Below are positions 9,318 to 18,709 of a DNA stretch of 24,767 nt, in pieces. Position 1 is the stretch's first letter, and each line of letters opens with the position of its first letter. This DNA is from Escherichia coli (lineage in GTDB: Bacteria; Pseudomonadota; Gammaproteobacteria; Enterobacterales; Enterobacteriaceae). The translations under genes were made by a program, and so were the position numbers. Location: the NCBI RefSeq assembly GCF_003334785.1, contig NZ_QOWV01000030.1; one strand, given 5' to 3'. The notes beneath the pieces are model-generated. The model made no database searches. It had not been told where the DNA came from and worked only from the letters and a program-made list of their open reading frames with translations.

Positions 9318-10259
9318 ATGGCGATGAATGTATTGCAATCACCTTCACGTCCAGGTCTGGGTAAGGTGTCCGGTTTCTTCTGGCATAATCCGGGGCTGGG
9401 GCTGTTTTTACTGCTGCTTGGCCCGCTAATGTGGTTTGGCATTGTCTATTTCGGCTCGCTGCTGACACTGTTATGGCAGGGATTTTATACTTTTGACGAT
9501 TTCACCATGTCGGTAACGCCGGAACTGACGCTGGCGAATATCCGTGCGCTGTTTAATCCGGCGAATTACGACATCATTCTCCGCACGCTGACTATGGCTG
9601 TGGCAGTCACTATCGCCAGCGCCATTCTGGCTTTTCCAATGGCGTGGTATATGGCGCGCTATACCAGCGGGAAAATGAAAGCGTTTTTTTATATTGCGGT
9701 AATGTTGCCGATGTGGGCGAGCTACATTGTTAAAGCCTATGCCTGGACGTTATTGCTGGCAAAAGATGGCGTGGCTCAGTGGTTTTTACAACATCTTGGG
9801 CTGGAACCACTGCTGACTGCGTTCCTTACATTACCTGCGGTGGGCGGAAATACGCTGTCAACTTCCGGGCTGGGGCGCTTTCTGGTGTTTCTCTATATCT
9901 GGTTGCCGTTCATGATCCTGCCCGTTCAGGCGGCGCTTGAGCGTTTGCCGCCGTCATTGTTGCAGGCGTCGGCTGATCTCGGCGCACGTCCACGACAAAC
10001 CTTTCGCTATGTGGTGCTGCCGCTGGCAATCCCGGGTATTGCCGCTGGCTCTATCTTTACCTTCTCACTCACACTGGGCGATTTTATCGTCCCGCAGCTG
10101 GTTGGTCCTCCAGGATATTTTATCGGCAATATGGTTTATTCCCAGCAGGGGGCGATTGGCAATATGCCGATAGCGGCGGCATTCACCCTGGTGCCGATTA
10201 TTCTCATCGCACTGTACCTGGCGTTCGTGAAACGTCTGGGAGCGTTCGATGCACTCTGA
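9318..10259 (+). CDS. ydcU: ABC transporter permease (PotB/PotH-like), 313 aa
   Basis: ATG immediately follows the ydcT stop (TGAATG). Polytopic membrane protein. Confidence 0.88.
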
Positions 10260-11043
10260 ACGCGCACCGTTTTTCCTCAAACTGGCGGCCTGGGGCGGCG
10301 TTGTTTTCCTACATTTTCCCATCCTGATAATCGCCGCCTATGCGTTTAACACTGAAGATGCGGCGTTTAGTTTTCCACCGCAGGGCCTGACGCTGCGCTG
10401 GTTTAGCGTGGCAGCACAGCGTAGTGATATTCTTGATGCCGTGACACTGTCACTTAAAGTGGCGGCGCTGGCGACATTAATTGCGCTGGTGTTAGGGACG
10501 CTGGCAGCTGCCGCGCTGTGGCGACGAGACTTTTTCGGCAAAAACGCCATTTCGCTGTTACTGCTGCTGCCCATTGCGCTGCCGGGCATTGTCACTGGTC
10601 TGGCGTTATTAACCGCCTTTAAAACCATCAATCTGGAGCCGGGATTTTTCACCATCGTGGTCGGTCATGCGACTTTTTGTGTAGTTGTGGTGTTTAACAA
10701 TGTCATCGCCCGTTTTCGCCGCACCTCCTGGAGTCTGGTTGAGGCGTCAATGGATCTTGGGGCCAATGGCTGGCAAACCTTCCGCTACGTAGTGTTGCCG
10801 AATCTCAGTTCGGCGTTACTGGCAGGAGGAATGCTGGCGTTTGCCTTGTCGTTCGATGAAATCATCGTTACGACCTTTACGGCAGGTCATGAACGAACGT
10901 TACCGTTGTGGTTGCTCAATCAGCTTGGGCGACCGCGTGATGTACCGGTAACTAACGTGGTGGCACTGCTGGTTATGTTGGTAACAACCTTGCCGATCCT
11001 GGGGGCCTGGTGGCTAACCCGCGAAGGCGACAATGGTCAATAA
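10249..11043 (+). CDS. ydcV: ABC transporter permease (PotC/PotI-like), 264 aa
   Basis: Overlaps the ydcU 3' end by 11 nt (translational coupling). Polytopic membrane protein. Confidence 0.88.
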
Positions 11044-11064
11044 CCACTGATACAGGAATATGCT

Positions 11065-12489
11065 ATGCAACATAAGTTACTGATTAACGGAGAACTGGTT
11101 AGCGGCGAAGGGGAAAAACAGCCTGTCTATAATCCGGCAACGGGGGACGTTTTACTGGAAATTGCCGAGGCATCCGCAGAGCAGGTCGATGCTGCTGTGC
11201 GCGCGGCAGATGCAGCATTTGCCGAATGGGGGCAAACCACGCCGAAAGTGCGTGCGGAATGTCTGCTGAAACTGGCTGATGTTATCGAAGAAAATGGTCA
11301 GGTTTTTGCCGAACTGGAGTCCCGTAATTGTGGCAAACCGCTGCATAGTGCGTTCAATGATGAAATCCCGGCGATTGTCGATGTTTTTCGCTTTTTCGCG
11401 GGTGCGGCGCGCTGTCTGAATGGTCTGGCGGCAGGTGAATATCTTGAAGGTCATACTTCGATGATCCGTCGCGATCCGTTGGGGGTCGTGGCTTCTATCG
11501 CACCGTGGAATTATCCGCTGATGATGGCCGCGTGGAAACTTGCTCCGGCGCTGGCGGCAGGGAACTGCGTAGTGCTTAAACCATCAGAAATTACCCCGCT
11601 GACCGCGTTGAAGTTGGCAGAGCTGGCGAAAGATATCTTCCCGGCAGGCGTGATTAACATACTGTTTGGCAGAGGCAAAACGGTGGGTGATCCGCTGACC
11701 GGTCATCCCAAAGTGCGGATGGTGTCGCTGACGGGCTCTATCGCCACCGGCGAGCACATCATCAGCCATACCGCGTCGTCCATTAAGCGTACTCATATGG
11801 AACTTGGTGGCAAAGCGCCAGTGATTGTTTTTGATGATGCGGATATTGAAGCAGTGGTCGAAGGTGTACGTACATTTGGCTATTACAATGCTGGACAGGA
11901 TTGTACTGCGGCTTGTCGGATCTACGCGCAAAAAGGCATTTACGATACGCTGGTGGAAAAACTGGGTGCTGCGGTGGCAACGTTAAAATCTGGTGCGCCA
12001 GATGACGAGTCTACGGAGCTTGGACCTTTAAGCTCGCTGGCGCATCTCGAACGCGTCAGCAAGGCAGTAGAAGAGGCGAAAGCGACAGGGCACATCAAAG
12101 TGATCACTGGCGGTGAAAAGCGCAAGGGTAATGGCTATTACTATGCGCCGACGCTGCTGGCTGGCGCATTACAGGACGATGCCATCGTGCAAAAAGAGGT
12201 ATTTGGTCCAGTAGTGAGTGTTACGCCCTTCGACAACGAAGAACAGGTGGTGAACTGGGCGAATGACAGCCAGTACGGACTTGCATCTTCGGTATGGACG
12301 AAAGATGTGGGCAGGGCGCATCGCGTCAGCGCACGGCTGCAATATGGTTGTACCTGGGTCAATACCCATTTCATGCTGGTAAGTGAAATGCCGCACGGTG
12401 GGCAGAAACTTTCTGGTTACGGCAAGGATATGTCACTTTATGGGCTGGAGGATTACACCGTCGTCCGCCACGTCATGGTTAAACATTAA
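11065..12489 (+). CDS. patD: NAD-dependent gamma-aminobutyraldehyde (4-aminobutanal) dehydrogenase, 474 aa
   Basis: Aldehyde dehydrogenase superfamily hallmarks: catalytic Glu in MELGGKAP and catalytic Cys in GQDCTAACR. Sits last in the ydcSTUV cluster. Confidence 0.9.
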   Translation: MQHKLLINGELVSGEGEKQPVYNPATGDVLLEIAEASAEQVDAAVRAADAAFAEWGQTTPKVRAECLLKLADVIEENGQVFAELESRNCGKPLHSAFNDEIPAIVDVFRFFAGAARCLNGLAAGEYLEGHTSMIRRDPLGVVASIAPWNYPLMMAAWKLAPALAAGNCVVLKPSEITPLTALKLAELAKDIFPAGVINILFGRGKTVGDPLTGHPKVRMVSLTGSIATGEHIISHTASSIKRTHMELGGKAPVIVFDDADIEAVVEGVRTFGYYNAGQDCTAACRIYAQKGIYDTLVEKLGAAVATLKSGAPDDESTELGPLSSLAHLERVSKAVEEAKATGHIKVITGGEKRKGNGYYYAPTLLAGALQDDAIVQKEVFGPVVSVTPFDNEEQVVNWANDSQYGLASSVWTKDVGRAHRVSARLQYGCTWVNTHFMLVSEMPHGGQKLSGYGKDMSLYGLEDYTVVRHVMVKH

Positions 12490-12531
12490 GGATAATATTG
12501 CAGATCGTAAGAGTATGAGATGATCTTGCGT

Positions 12532-12560
12532 ACTGTCAGAGCACTGATTTCTCTGACAGT
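12532..12560. terminator. Perfect 10 bp inverted repeat (ACTGTCAGAG / CTCTGACAGT, 9 nt loop) between convergent patD and yncL; possible bidirectional terminator or RNA stability element
   Basis: Stem is visible directly in the sequence at 12532-12541 and 12551-12560. No U-tract follows on either strand, so function as an intrinsic terminator is uncertain. Confidence 0.35.
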
Positions 12561-12585
12561 ACGTGCTGCGTGCAAAATCACTACA

Positions 12586-12681
12586 TCAAATAAACCAGCC
12601 AAATCTCATAGAGATAAGAGTAAACAAACCAACAGCAGCAAAGAAATTTATCAGTACTACAGTTCTACTGGAAACATTCAT
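12586..12681 (-). CDS. yncL: Small membrane protein YncL, 31 aa
   Basis: Absent from the ORF track (too short). Minus-strand translation: MNVSSRTVVLINFFAAVGLFTLISMRFGWFI, stop TGA. GGTGG Shine-Dalgarno 5 nt upstream. A single predicted TM helix. Confidence 0.75.
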   Translation of the reverse strand: MNVSSRTVVLINFFAAVGLFTLISMRFGWFI

Positions 12682-12875
12682 TTTTGCCACCTTTTATCAT
12701 TGCCCCTATGTGTATAGTACGGGTTAAGAAAATCCGCAATAATACTCATTCTGAAGATGGATAAGGGCAAGTTGCTGTTTGATGATTTTTTCTCAAACTG
12801 GTGAAAAAACTTGATGTACGTCAAAAAATGACGCATATTTGCGCGCGTTTTATTCATCTGGTTGGACGCCCGTAC

Positions 12876-13049
12876 ATGTCTCTCTATCAACACATGCTTG
12901 TTTTTTATGCGGTTATGGCAGCAATCGCATTTCTTATCACCTGGTTTCTTTCTCACGATAAGAAACGCATCCGTTTCTTAAGCGCCTTTCTGGTGGGGGC
13001 AACATGGCCGATGAGTTTCCCGGTGGCGCTGTTGTTTTCACTGTTTTAA
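12876..13049 (+). CDS. ortT: Orphan small membrane toxin OrtT (YdcX), 57 aa
   Basis: Track ORF 12801..13049 (82 aa) was trimmed to the internal ATG at 12876, giving MSLYQHMLVFYAVMAAIAFLITWFLSHDKKRIRFLSAFLVGATWPMSFPVALLFSLF, a two-helix hydrophobic peptide typical of membrane-damaging toxins. No adjacent antitoxin gene is evident. Confidence 0.78.
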   Translation: MSLYQHMLVFYAVMAAIAFLITWFLSHDKKRIRFLSAFLVGATWPMSFPVALLFSLF

Positions 13050-13134
13050 ATCTTACTCACTGGCTTGACGGCACCACGCAGACTTATATCATTTGGATGA
13101 ATCGATAAATTTCACAAGTGGCTAAGGAGAAAGT

Positions 13135-13368
13135 ATGTCGCATCTGGATGAAGTCATCGCGCGCGTGGATGCCGCGATTGAAGAGAGCGTCATTGCCCAT
13201 ATGAACGAATTATTAATCGCCCTGAGCGATGACGCGGAGTTAAGTCGGGAAGATCGCTACACCCAGCAGCAACGTCTGCGCACAGCGATCGCCCATCACG
13301 GTCGCAAGCATAAAGAAGATATGGAAGCGCGCCACGAACAGTTAACCAAAGGCGGCACCATCCTCTGA
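13135..13368 (+). CDS. ydcY: Small cytoplasmic protein YdcY, 77 aa
   Basis: AGGAG ribosome-binding site 7 nt upstream. Hydrophilic and charged. Confidence 0.82.
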   Translation: MSHLDEVIARVDAAIEESVIAHMNELLIALSDDAELSREDRYTQQQRLRTAIAHHGRKHKEDMEARHEQLTKGGTIL

Positions 13369-13818
13369 TTAAAATGAGCGTCTGGCTACCAACCAGGCGC
13401 CAACCACAAGTAAAATTGCGCCACAAATTGGGCCGAACAACGCCCGTAGTGGTACGCCATGACTGCGGAAGATATCCAGCATCAGACCGCCAATCAGCTG
13501 ACTGGCGACCAGTACAGCAATAGTTGTCGCCGCTCCCACATTCTGATATCCGCTGATACTGGCGAAGACAAAAAACGATCCCAGCAAGCCAGGTATAAGT
13601 GTCCACCAGCGCACGCTGGACACCAGTTCGCCAAACCCCGCCATGCCTTGTTTAAACCATAAAATAGAAACAAAGAGCACAATCCCCACCAGTGAGTTCA
13701 GCAACATGGCGATGAGAATGGTAGAGGAGGTCTGGGTGATGCGCACCATCAGCGTGTTCTGGACAACCAGACCAATTCCGGCGGCAATCAAAAAAGCAAG
13801 GGTGAGCGACTGATTCAT
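13369..13818 (-). CDS. ydcZ: Inner-membrane protein YdcZ (DMT-superfamily-like small permease), 149 aa
   Basis: Hydrophobic four-TM protein. Its stop codon abuts the ydcY stop (TGATTA), and its start overlaps the mnaT stop in an ATGA arrangement. Confidence 0.85.
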   Translation of the reverse strand: MNQSLTLAFLIAAGIGLVVQNTLMVRITQTSSTILIAMLLNSLVGIVLFVSILWFKQGMAGFGELVSSVRWWTLIPGLLGSFFVFASISGYQNVGAATTIAVLVASQLIGGLMLDIFRSHGVPLRALFGPICGAILLVVGAWLVARRSF

Positions 13819-14333
13819 CCAATCGCGTCCGGTTCAGTGCGCTCGTCGAGTTGCAACTGCATAAATGTCAGATCCAGCCAACGACCAAATTTAGTGCCTA
13901 CCTGCGGCATTTGCGCGGTGACGACAAATCCCAGCGACTGGTGGAGATGCAGCGAGGCCTGATTTTGCGATTCGATCCCGGCGACCATGACATGCTTCCC
14001 GCAATCCCGCGCTTCATCAATCAATCGGCTTAACAATTTACGCCCCAGACCTTTGCCCTGATGATCGGGATGGACATAAACCGAATGTTCCACGGTATGG
14101 CGAAAACCATCGAAACTACGCCAGTCGCCAAACGAGGCATATCCCGTCACTACGCCGTTTTCCTCGCTCACCAGCACTGGATAACCTGCTAAAGTCCGCG
14201 CTTCAAACCAGGCAATGCGGTTATCAGCATCCACCGTTTGGTCATTCCAGATAGCCGCCGTATACAACACGGCGTGGTTATAAATTTCCGCAATGGCAGC
14301 ACAGTCGGCTTTGCGGGCAAAACGGATGGACAT
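13815..14333 (-). CDS. mnaT: GNAT-family L-amino acid (methionine derivative) N-acyltransferase MnaT (YncA), 172 aa
   Basis: Track ORF 13815..14567 is over-extended. The start was placed at the internal ATG (plus-strand cat at 14331-14333), giving MSIRFARKADCAAIAEIYNHAV.... GNAT acetyl-CoA motif around HQGKGLGRKLL. Confidence 0.85.
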   Translation of the reverse strand: MSIRFARKADCAAIAEIYNHAVLYTAAIWNDQTVDADNRIAWFEARTLAGYPVLVSEENGVVTGYASFGDWRSFDGFRHTVEHSVYVHPDHQGKGLGRKLLSRLIDEARDCGKHVMVAGIESQNQASLHLHQSLGFVVTAQMPQVGTKFGRWLDLTFMQLQLDERTEPDAIG

Positions 14334-14513
14334 GTCTGGCCTCAATAAAATAATGATGATGATGTTATCAATACTATCGAAAACAGCCCGAAGCAACGGA
14401 TTCCTCGATGAAATTATTGCGTGTTGCAGAGGGGATGTGACGGCTGCAAACAAAACCAATCCCGTGAGCCTGCTACTATTGATGGATTCATGCCAAAAGC
14501 ACAGGAGAGCATT

Positions 14514-15551
14514 ATGGGGCAACAAAAGCAGCGTAATCGACGTTGGGTTCTGGCCTCGCGTCCACATGGCGCACCTGTTCCGGAGAATTTCCGTCTTGAA
14601 GAAGATGATGTCGCCACACCGGGTGAAGGACAGGTGTTACTGCGCACAGTTTATTTGTCCCTGGACCCGTATATGCGTGGACGTATGAGCGATGAGCCAT
14701 CTTATTCACCGCCTGTTGATATTGGCGGCGTGATGGTCGGCGGTACGGTGAGCCGTGTCGTGGAGTCGAATCATCCTGATTATCAGTCTGGCGACTGGGT
14801 GCTGGGCTACAGTGGATGGCAAGACTATGACATATCCAGTGGTGATGATCTGGTGAAACTTGGCGATCATCCGCAAAATCCATCGTGGTCGCTGGGTGTG
14901 CTAGGGATGCCAGGCTTTACCGCTTATATGGGCCTACTGGATATCGGTCAGCCTAAAGAGGGCGAAACGTTGGTGGTAGCTGCGGCGACAGGACCAGTGG
15001 GGGCGACGGTGGGGCAAATCGGCAAACTTAAAGGTTGCAGAGTGGTGGGGGTAGCCGGTGGCGCGGAAAAATGCCGCCATGCTACCGAGGTGTTAGGCTT
15101 CGATGTTTGTCTTGATCACCACGCGGATGATTTTGCCGAACAACTGGCGAAAGCGTGCCCAAAAGGTATTGATATCTATTATGAAAACGTGGGCGGTAAG
15201 GTATTCGATGCGGTGCTACCGTTACTTAATACATCTGCGCGCATTCCCGTCTGCGGATTAGTGAGCAGCTATAACGCTACAGAGCTACCACCCGGTCCGG
15301 ATCGTTTACCTCTGTTGATGGCTACAGTGCTGAAAAAACGTATTCGCTTGCAAGGTTTTATTATCGCTCAGGATTATGGTCACCGCATCCATGAGTTTCA
15401 GAGGGAGATGGGGCAATGGGTGAAAGAGGATAAAATCCACTACCGCGAAGAAATTACTGACGGTTTAGAGAATGCGCCACAGACGTTTATCGGCCTGCTG
15501 AAGGGTAAAAACTTCGGCAAAGTGGTGATCCGCGTGGCGGGTGATGATTAA
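14514..15551 (+). CDS. curA: NADPH-dependent curcumin/dihydrocurcumin reductase (MDR-superfamily enoate reductase), 345 aa
   Basis: Track ORF starts at 14421; the start was placed at the ATG at 14514 (MGQQKQRNRRWVLASRPHG...), which has an AGGAG ribosome-binding site 7 nt upstream. Rossmann motif AAATGPVGATVGQ. Confidence 0.88.
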   Translation: MGQQKQRNRRWVLASRPHGAPVPENFRLEEDDVATPGEGQVLLRTVYLSLDPYMRGRMSDEPSYSPPVDIGGVMVGGTVSRVVESNHPDYQSGDWVLGYSGWQDYDISSGDDLVKLGDHPQNPSWSLGVLGMPGFTAYMGLLDIGQPKEGETLVVAAATGPVGATVGQIGKLKGCRVVGVAGGAEKCRHATEVLGFDVCLDHHADDFAEQLAKACPKGIDIYYENVGGKVFDAVLPLLNTSARIPVCGLVSSYNATELPPGPDRLPLLMATVLKKRIRLQGFIIAQDYGHRIHEFQREMGQWVKEDKIHYREEITDGLENAPQTFIGLLKGKNFGKVVIRVAGDD

Positions 15552-15748
15552 AGTTTCAACGGCGGCGTAAGCCGCCATAAAAATCCAGGCAAAAAGCTTA
15601 TTTTCAGCTTTAATTAACTAACCACATCATTGTTCTGCTGCTAATAACAACAAAGGTGAGTGGTTTATGATTATTCACTTTAATACACCAGGTGAATTCC
15701 TTCTGCCATGCAGGCAGGGTTGGACAGAAAACACGCGAAGGAATTAAA

Positions 15749-16414
15749 ATGCCTGGAACGGGAAAAATGAAACATGTCAGTTTGACTCTGCAGGTTGAGA
15801 ACGACCTGAAACATCAGCTTAGTATTGGCGCATTAAAACCTGGCGCACGCCTGATTACTAAAAATCTGGCGGAGCAATTAGGTATGAGTATTACACCTGT
15901 GCGTGAAGCATTATTACGTCTGGTTTCGGTGAATGCGCTTTCTGTCGCACCTGCACAAGCATTTACAGTTCCGGAAGTGGGGAAACGTCAATTAGACGAA
16001 ATCAATCGGATCCGCTACGAACTGGAATTAATGGCAGTTGCTCTGGCTGTTGAAAACCTCACCCCGCAAGACCTTGCGGAACTCCAGGAATTGCTCGAGA
16101 AATTACAGCAGGCGCAAGAAAAGGGCGACATGGAACAAATCATTAATGTAAACAGGCTATTTCGCTTAGCGATTTATCATCGCTCAAATATGCCCATCCT
16201 GTGTGAGATGATTGAGCAACTGTGGGTCAGGATGGGGCCTGGTTTACATTATCTCTATGAAGCGATTAATCCAGCGGAATTACGGGAGCATATAGAAAAC
16301 TATCATCTGTTACTCGCTGCGTTAAAAGCAAAAGACAAAGAGGGATGCAGACATTGTCTTGCTGAAATTATGCAACAAAATATTGCTATTTTATACCAGC
16401 AATACAATCGTTAA
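15749..16414 (+). CDS. mcbR: GntR/FadR-family transcriptional regulator McbR (YncC), 221 aa
   Basis: Track ORF starts at 15692; the start was placed at the ATG at 15749 (MPGTGKMKHVSL...), which has a GAAGGA ribosome-binding site. N-terminal winged HTH (LAEQLGMSITPVREALLRL) and an FCD-type C-terminal domain. Confidence 0.85.
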   Translation: MPGTGKMKHVSLTLQVENDLKHQLSIGALKPGARLITKNLAEQLGMSITPVREALLRLVSVNALSVAPAQAFTVPEVGKRQLDEINRIRYELELMAVALAVENLTPQDLAELQELLEKLQQAQEKGDMEQIINVNRLFRLAIYHRSNMPILCEMIEQLWVRMGPGLHYLYEAINPAELREHIENYHLLLAALKAKDKEGCRHCLAEIMQQNIAILYQQYNR

Positions 16415-16420
16415 AGTAAA

Positions 16421-16440
16421 TGCCCGGCAAATACCGGGCA
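16421..16440. terminator. GC-rich hairpin (TGCCCGG caaata CCGGGCA) between convergent mcbR and yncD; likely bidirectional terminator
   Basis: A 7 bp perfect stem immediately after the mcbR stop and before the yncD stop. U-tracts on both strands are weak. Confidence 0.5.
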
Positions 16441-16449
16441 TCAAGGTAA

Positions 16450-18552
16450 TTACTCAAATCTCCACGCAATATTCATGCCGACACCATAATTTCGTCCGGG
16501 CGAAGGTTCGTAATATCGCCCGTTTGACTCATTGACAATGACAGAACCAACGTATTCTTTATCGAATAAATTATCGACACGACCAAATAAATCCACAGTT
16601 AAATTGTGGTAATTGTATTTATACCCGGTGAATAAGCCGACGAGAGTATAAGACGGCGCTTTTGCCGTATTTTCATCATCTGCCATAATATCGCCCATAT
16701 AACGCGCTTCCGTGCCTGCATACCAACCATCTTCCGGTACATAACCTATCGACGCAAAGCCCATATTACGGGCGATCCCTGGCATCCGATTACCGTTACA
16801 ATCCTGTTCATTGCAAACATTGCTGCGATAGGTCGCATCAAGCCAGGTCCAGGACGCGTTTACGCGAAAATCTCCTGCGAAACGTTGATCCCATGCCAGT
16901 TCAGCGCCTTGACGACGGGTCTTTCCGGCATTTTTGTAAGTCGTACGCCCACCGCTACTGCTATCGACAACAATTTCATCATCAGTGTCGGTCTGAAACA
17001 ATGCGAGACTAAGCAGCCCATCACCAATACGCGTTTTACTGCCGATCTCAATTGTATCGTTGGTGGATGGTTTTAAACCTAAGTTCATACCGCTTTGCCC
17101 ATCAGCACGATAAGACAGCTCATTAATCGTCGGCGTTTCAAAACCTCGCCCGGCTGCCAGATAGATATTCCAGGCATCGGTCATTGCATATTTTAACGAA
17201 CCGGCAGGTAGCCATTTATGATAACTGGCATCACCGCTGTCATCGCCGTTACCCGGAGTAACGTAATGGTCGTTGGAATCAAACCACACGGAGCTGTAGC
17301 GCACGCCAGCATCCAGCGACAGTTTTTCGCTCAGCTGCCACTGCGTCTGTAAATAGGGATCGATGTTCCACATCAGATTGCGTTCGTCGCGACGCAACTC
17401 ACCTTTTTGCCCGTACTCCGGCATGCCGCTATTCAGGCGGAAGTTATTGTAGCCCTTGCGGTTTTCACTCATGTTTTCGTAGTTCAGGCCGGTAGTGAAC
17501 GTGACCGGAACGCCCAGTTCACCACGGTGTGTCCAGCGGCTGTCTATTCCCTGGTAATGGCGTTGCAGGGTAATCACGCCGCCCGCATGTGACGGGTTAA
17601 GTTGTGGTGCCATGGGTATTGACTGGTACTGGGTCGTTTCTCGCTCTCCGGCATACATCATCACACTCATATCATCCCGCGAACTCAGGCTACGCTCATA
17701 GCGCAACCCAGCCTGAGTTTGCTTGATGGTTTTTCGCGTGTCGTACTGTTCTGCACGAGGCGCTTGTTGTGGATTAGCCTTCCATTCTGCTTTGGTTAGC
17801 CCACCTGGGTCATCTGCTTTGATATCCACACTATTGAAAATCAGACTTAATTTGCTGGCTTCATCAATGCGTACGCCCAGTTTGGCATTGGCTAAATTTT
17901 TCTGTGCGCCACTATGGTCACGATAGCCGTGGGTCGTAAAACGCGTGGTTGAGACGGTGTAATCGACATCGCCAGGCTGTGTGCCGTCTCCCGTTGCGCC
18001 CGTTGCTTTCAGCCCATAGCGCCAGCTGCCAAAACTGCCGTAGTAACTACTGGCTTCAATGGTTGGTGGCTGTTGTCCGGTCTGGGTGGTGACATTCATT
18101 ACCCCACCAGACGCGTTGCCATACAGGGCAGAGAAGGGGCCACGCAGCACTTCCACATTTTGCACACTGCTTAAATCGATGTTGGATGTTTGCCCTTGCC
18201 CGTCGGGCATGGTGGCGGGAATACCGTCCACATACAGGCGAATACCGCGAATACCGTAAGTGGAGCGGGAGCCAAATCCGCGAATCGACAGCTGTAAATC
18301 TTGCGCATAGTTCTGCCGGTTTTGTACCTGCAAACCAGGCACGCCGGTCAGTGATTCGGACAAGTTAATGCGCGGTGTTGCCAGGCGCATCTCCTCGCCA
18401 TCCACCACGCTTACTGCTGCTGGGGTATCCAGTTCTGAAACCACCTGCGGTGCGGCACTGACAATCATAGTCTGTTCATCAGCGGCAAAAACAACGGGGG
18501 AAAGGACAAGCAGTGCGGGCAAAACGGTCTGTCGGACGGAAAAAATCTTCAT
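16450..18552 (-). CDS. yncD: TonB-dependent outer-membrane receptor YncD, 700 aa
   Basis: Signal peptide (MKIFSVRQTVLPALLVLSPVVFAADEQ), TonB-box-like TMIVSA, a plug domain, and the C-terminal terminal-Phe beta-barrel signature (...NIAWRFE). Confidence 0.9.
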   Translation of the reverse strand: MKIFSVRQTVLPALLVLSPVVFAADEQTMIVSAAPQVVSELDTPAAVSVVDGEEMRLATPRINLSESLTGVPGLQVQNRQNYAQDLQLSIRGFGSRSTYGIRGIRLYVDGIPATMPDGQGQTSNIDLSSVQNVEVLRGPFSALYGNASGGVMNVTTQTGQQPPTIEASSYYGSFGSWRYGLKATGATGDGTQPGDVDYTVSTTRFTTHGYRDHSGAQKNLANAKLGVRIDEASKLSLIFNSVDIKADDPGGLTKAEWKANPQQAPRAEQYDTRKTIKQTQAGLRYERSLSSRDDMSVMMYAGERETTQYQSIPMAPQLNPSHAGGVITLQRHYQGIDSRWTHRGELGVPVTFTTGLNYENMSENRKGYNNFRLNSGMPEYGQKGELRRDERNLMWNIDPYLQTQWQLSEKLSLDAGVRYSSVWFDSNDHYVTPGNGDDSGDASYHKWLPAGSLKYAMTDAWNIYLAAGRGFETPTINELSYRADGQSGMNLGLKPSTNDTIEIGSKTRIGDGLLSLALFQTDTDDEIVVDSSSGGRTTYKNAGKTRRQGAELAWDQRFAGDFRVNASWTWLDATYRSNVCNEQDCNGNRMPGIARNMGFASIGYVPEDGWYAGTEARYMGDIMADDENTAKAPSYTLVGLFTGYKYNYHNLTVDLFGRVDNLFDKEYVGSVIVNESNGRYYEPSPGRNYGVGMNIAWRFE

Positions 18553-18690
18553 GAAAAAAGCCAGGTTAAGAATGGGAAAACGCCGTCATGGTAATGAAAT
18601 TGTAAATTTATGGAAAATGAAACGGCACAATACGTTAAGTAATTGAGAAAATTGTAGTCGTAACGGCAAGAAATGCTCCACATTTGAGAA

Positions 18691-18709
18691 AATAATGATT
18701 ACCATTCCC
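18691..18709. promoter_or_regulatory. Candidate Fur box in the yncD-yncE divergent promoter region
   Basis: AATAATGATTACCATTCCC matches the 19 bp Fur consensus GATAATGATAATCATTATC at 14 of 19 positions, including a contiguous ATAATGAT core. About 85 bp upstream of yncE and about 140 bp upstream of yncD. Confidence 0.4.

Noticed and set aside
14421-14513. Upstream extension of the curA ORF (31 codons)
   Set aside because: No RBS at 14421. The ATG at 14514 has an AGGAG RBS and gives the 345 aa enzyme.
13815-14567. 250 aa track ORF for mnaT with a 78-codon N-terminal extension
   Set aside because: The GNAT domain begins at the internal Met (MSIRFARKADCAAIAEIY). The extension is low-complexity and overlaps the curA promoter and start region.
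15558-15585. GGCGGC gtaa GCCGCC hairpin just after curA
   Set aside because: It is followed by an A-tract rather than a T-tract on the plus strand, so it does not look like a canonical intrinsic terminator for curA. It may still be a stability element, but I would not call it a terminator.
15692-15748. Upstream extension of the mcbR ORF (19 codons)
   Set aside because: The start at 15749 has an RBS and gives the 221 aa length; the extension is an arbitrary in-frame Met.
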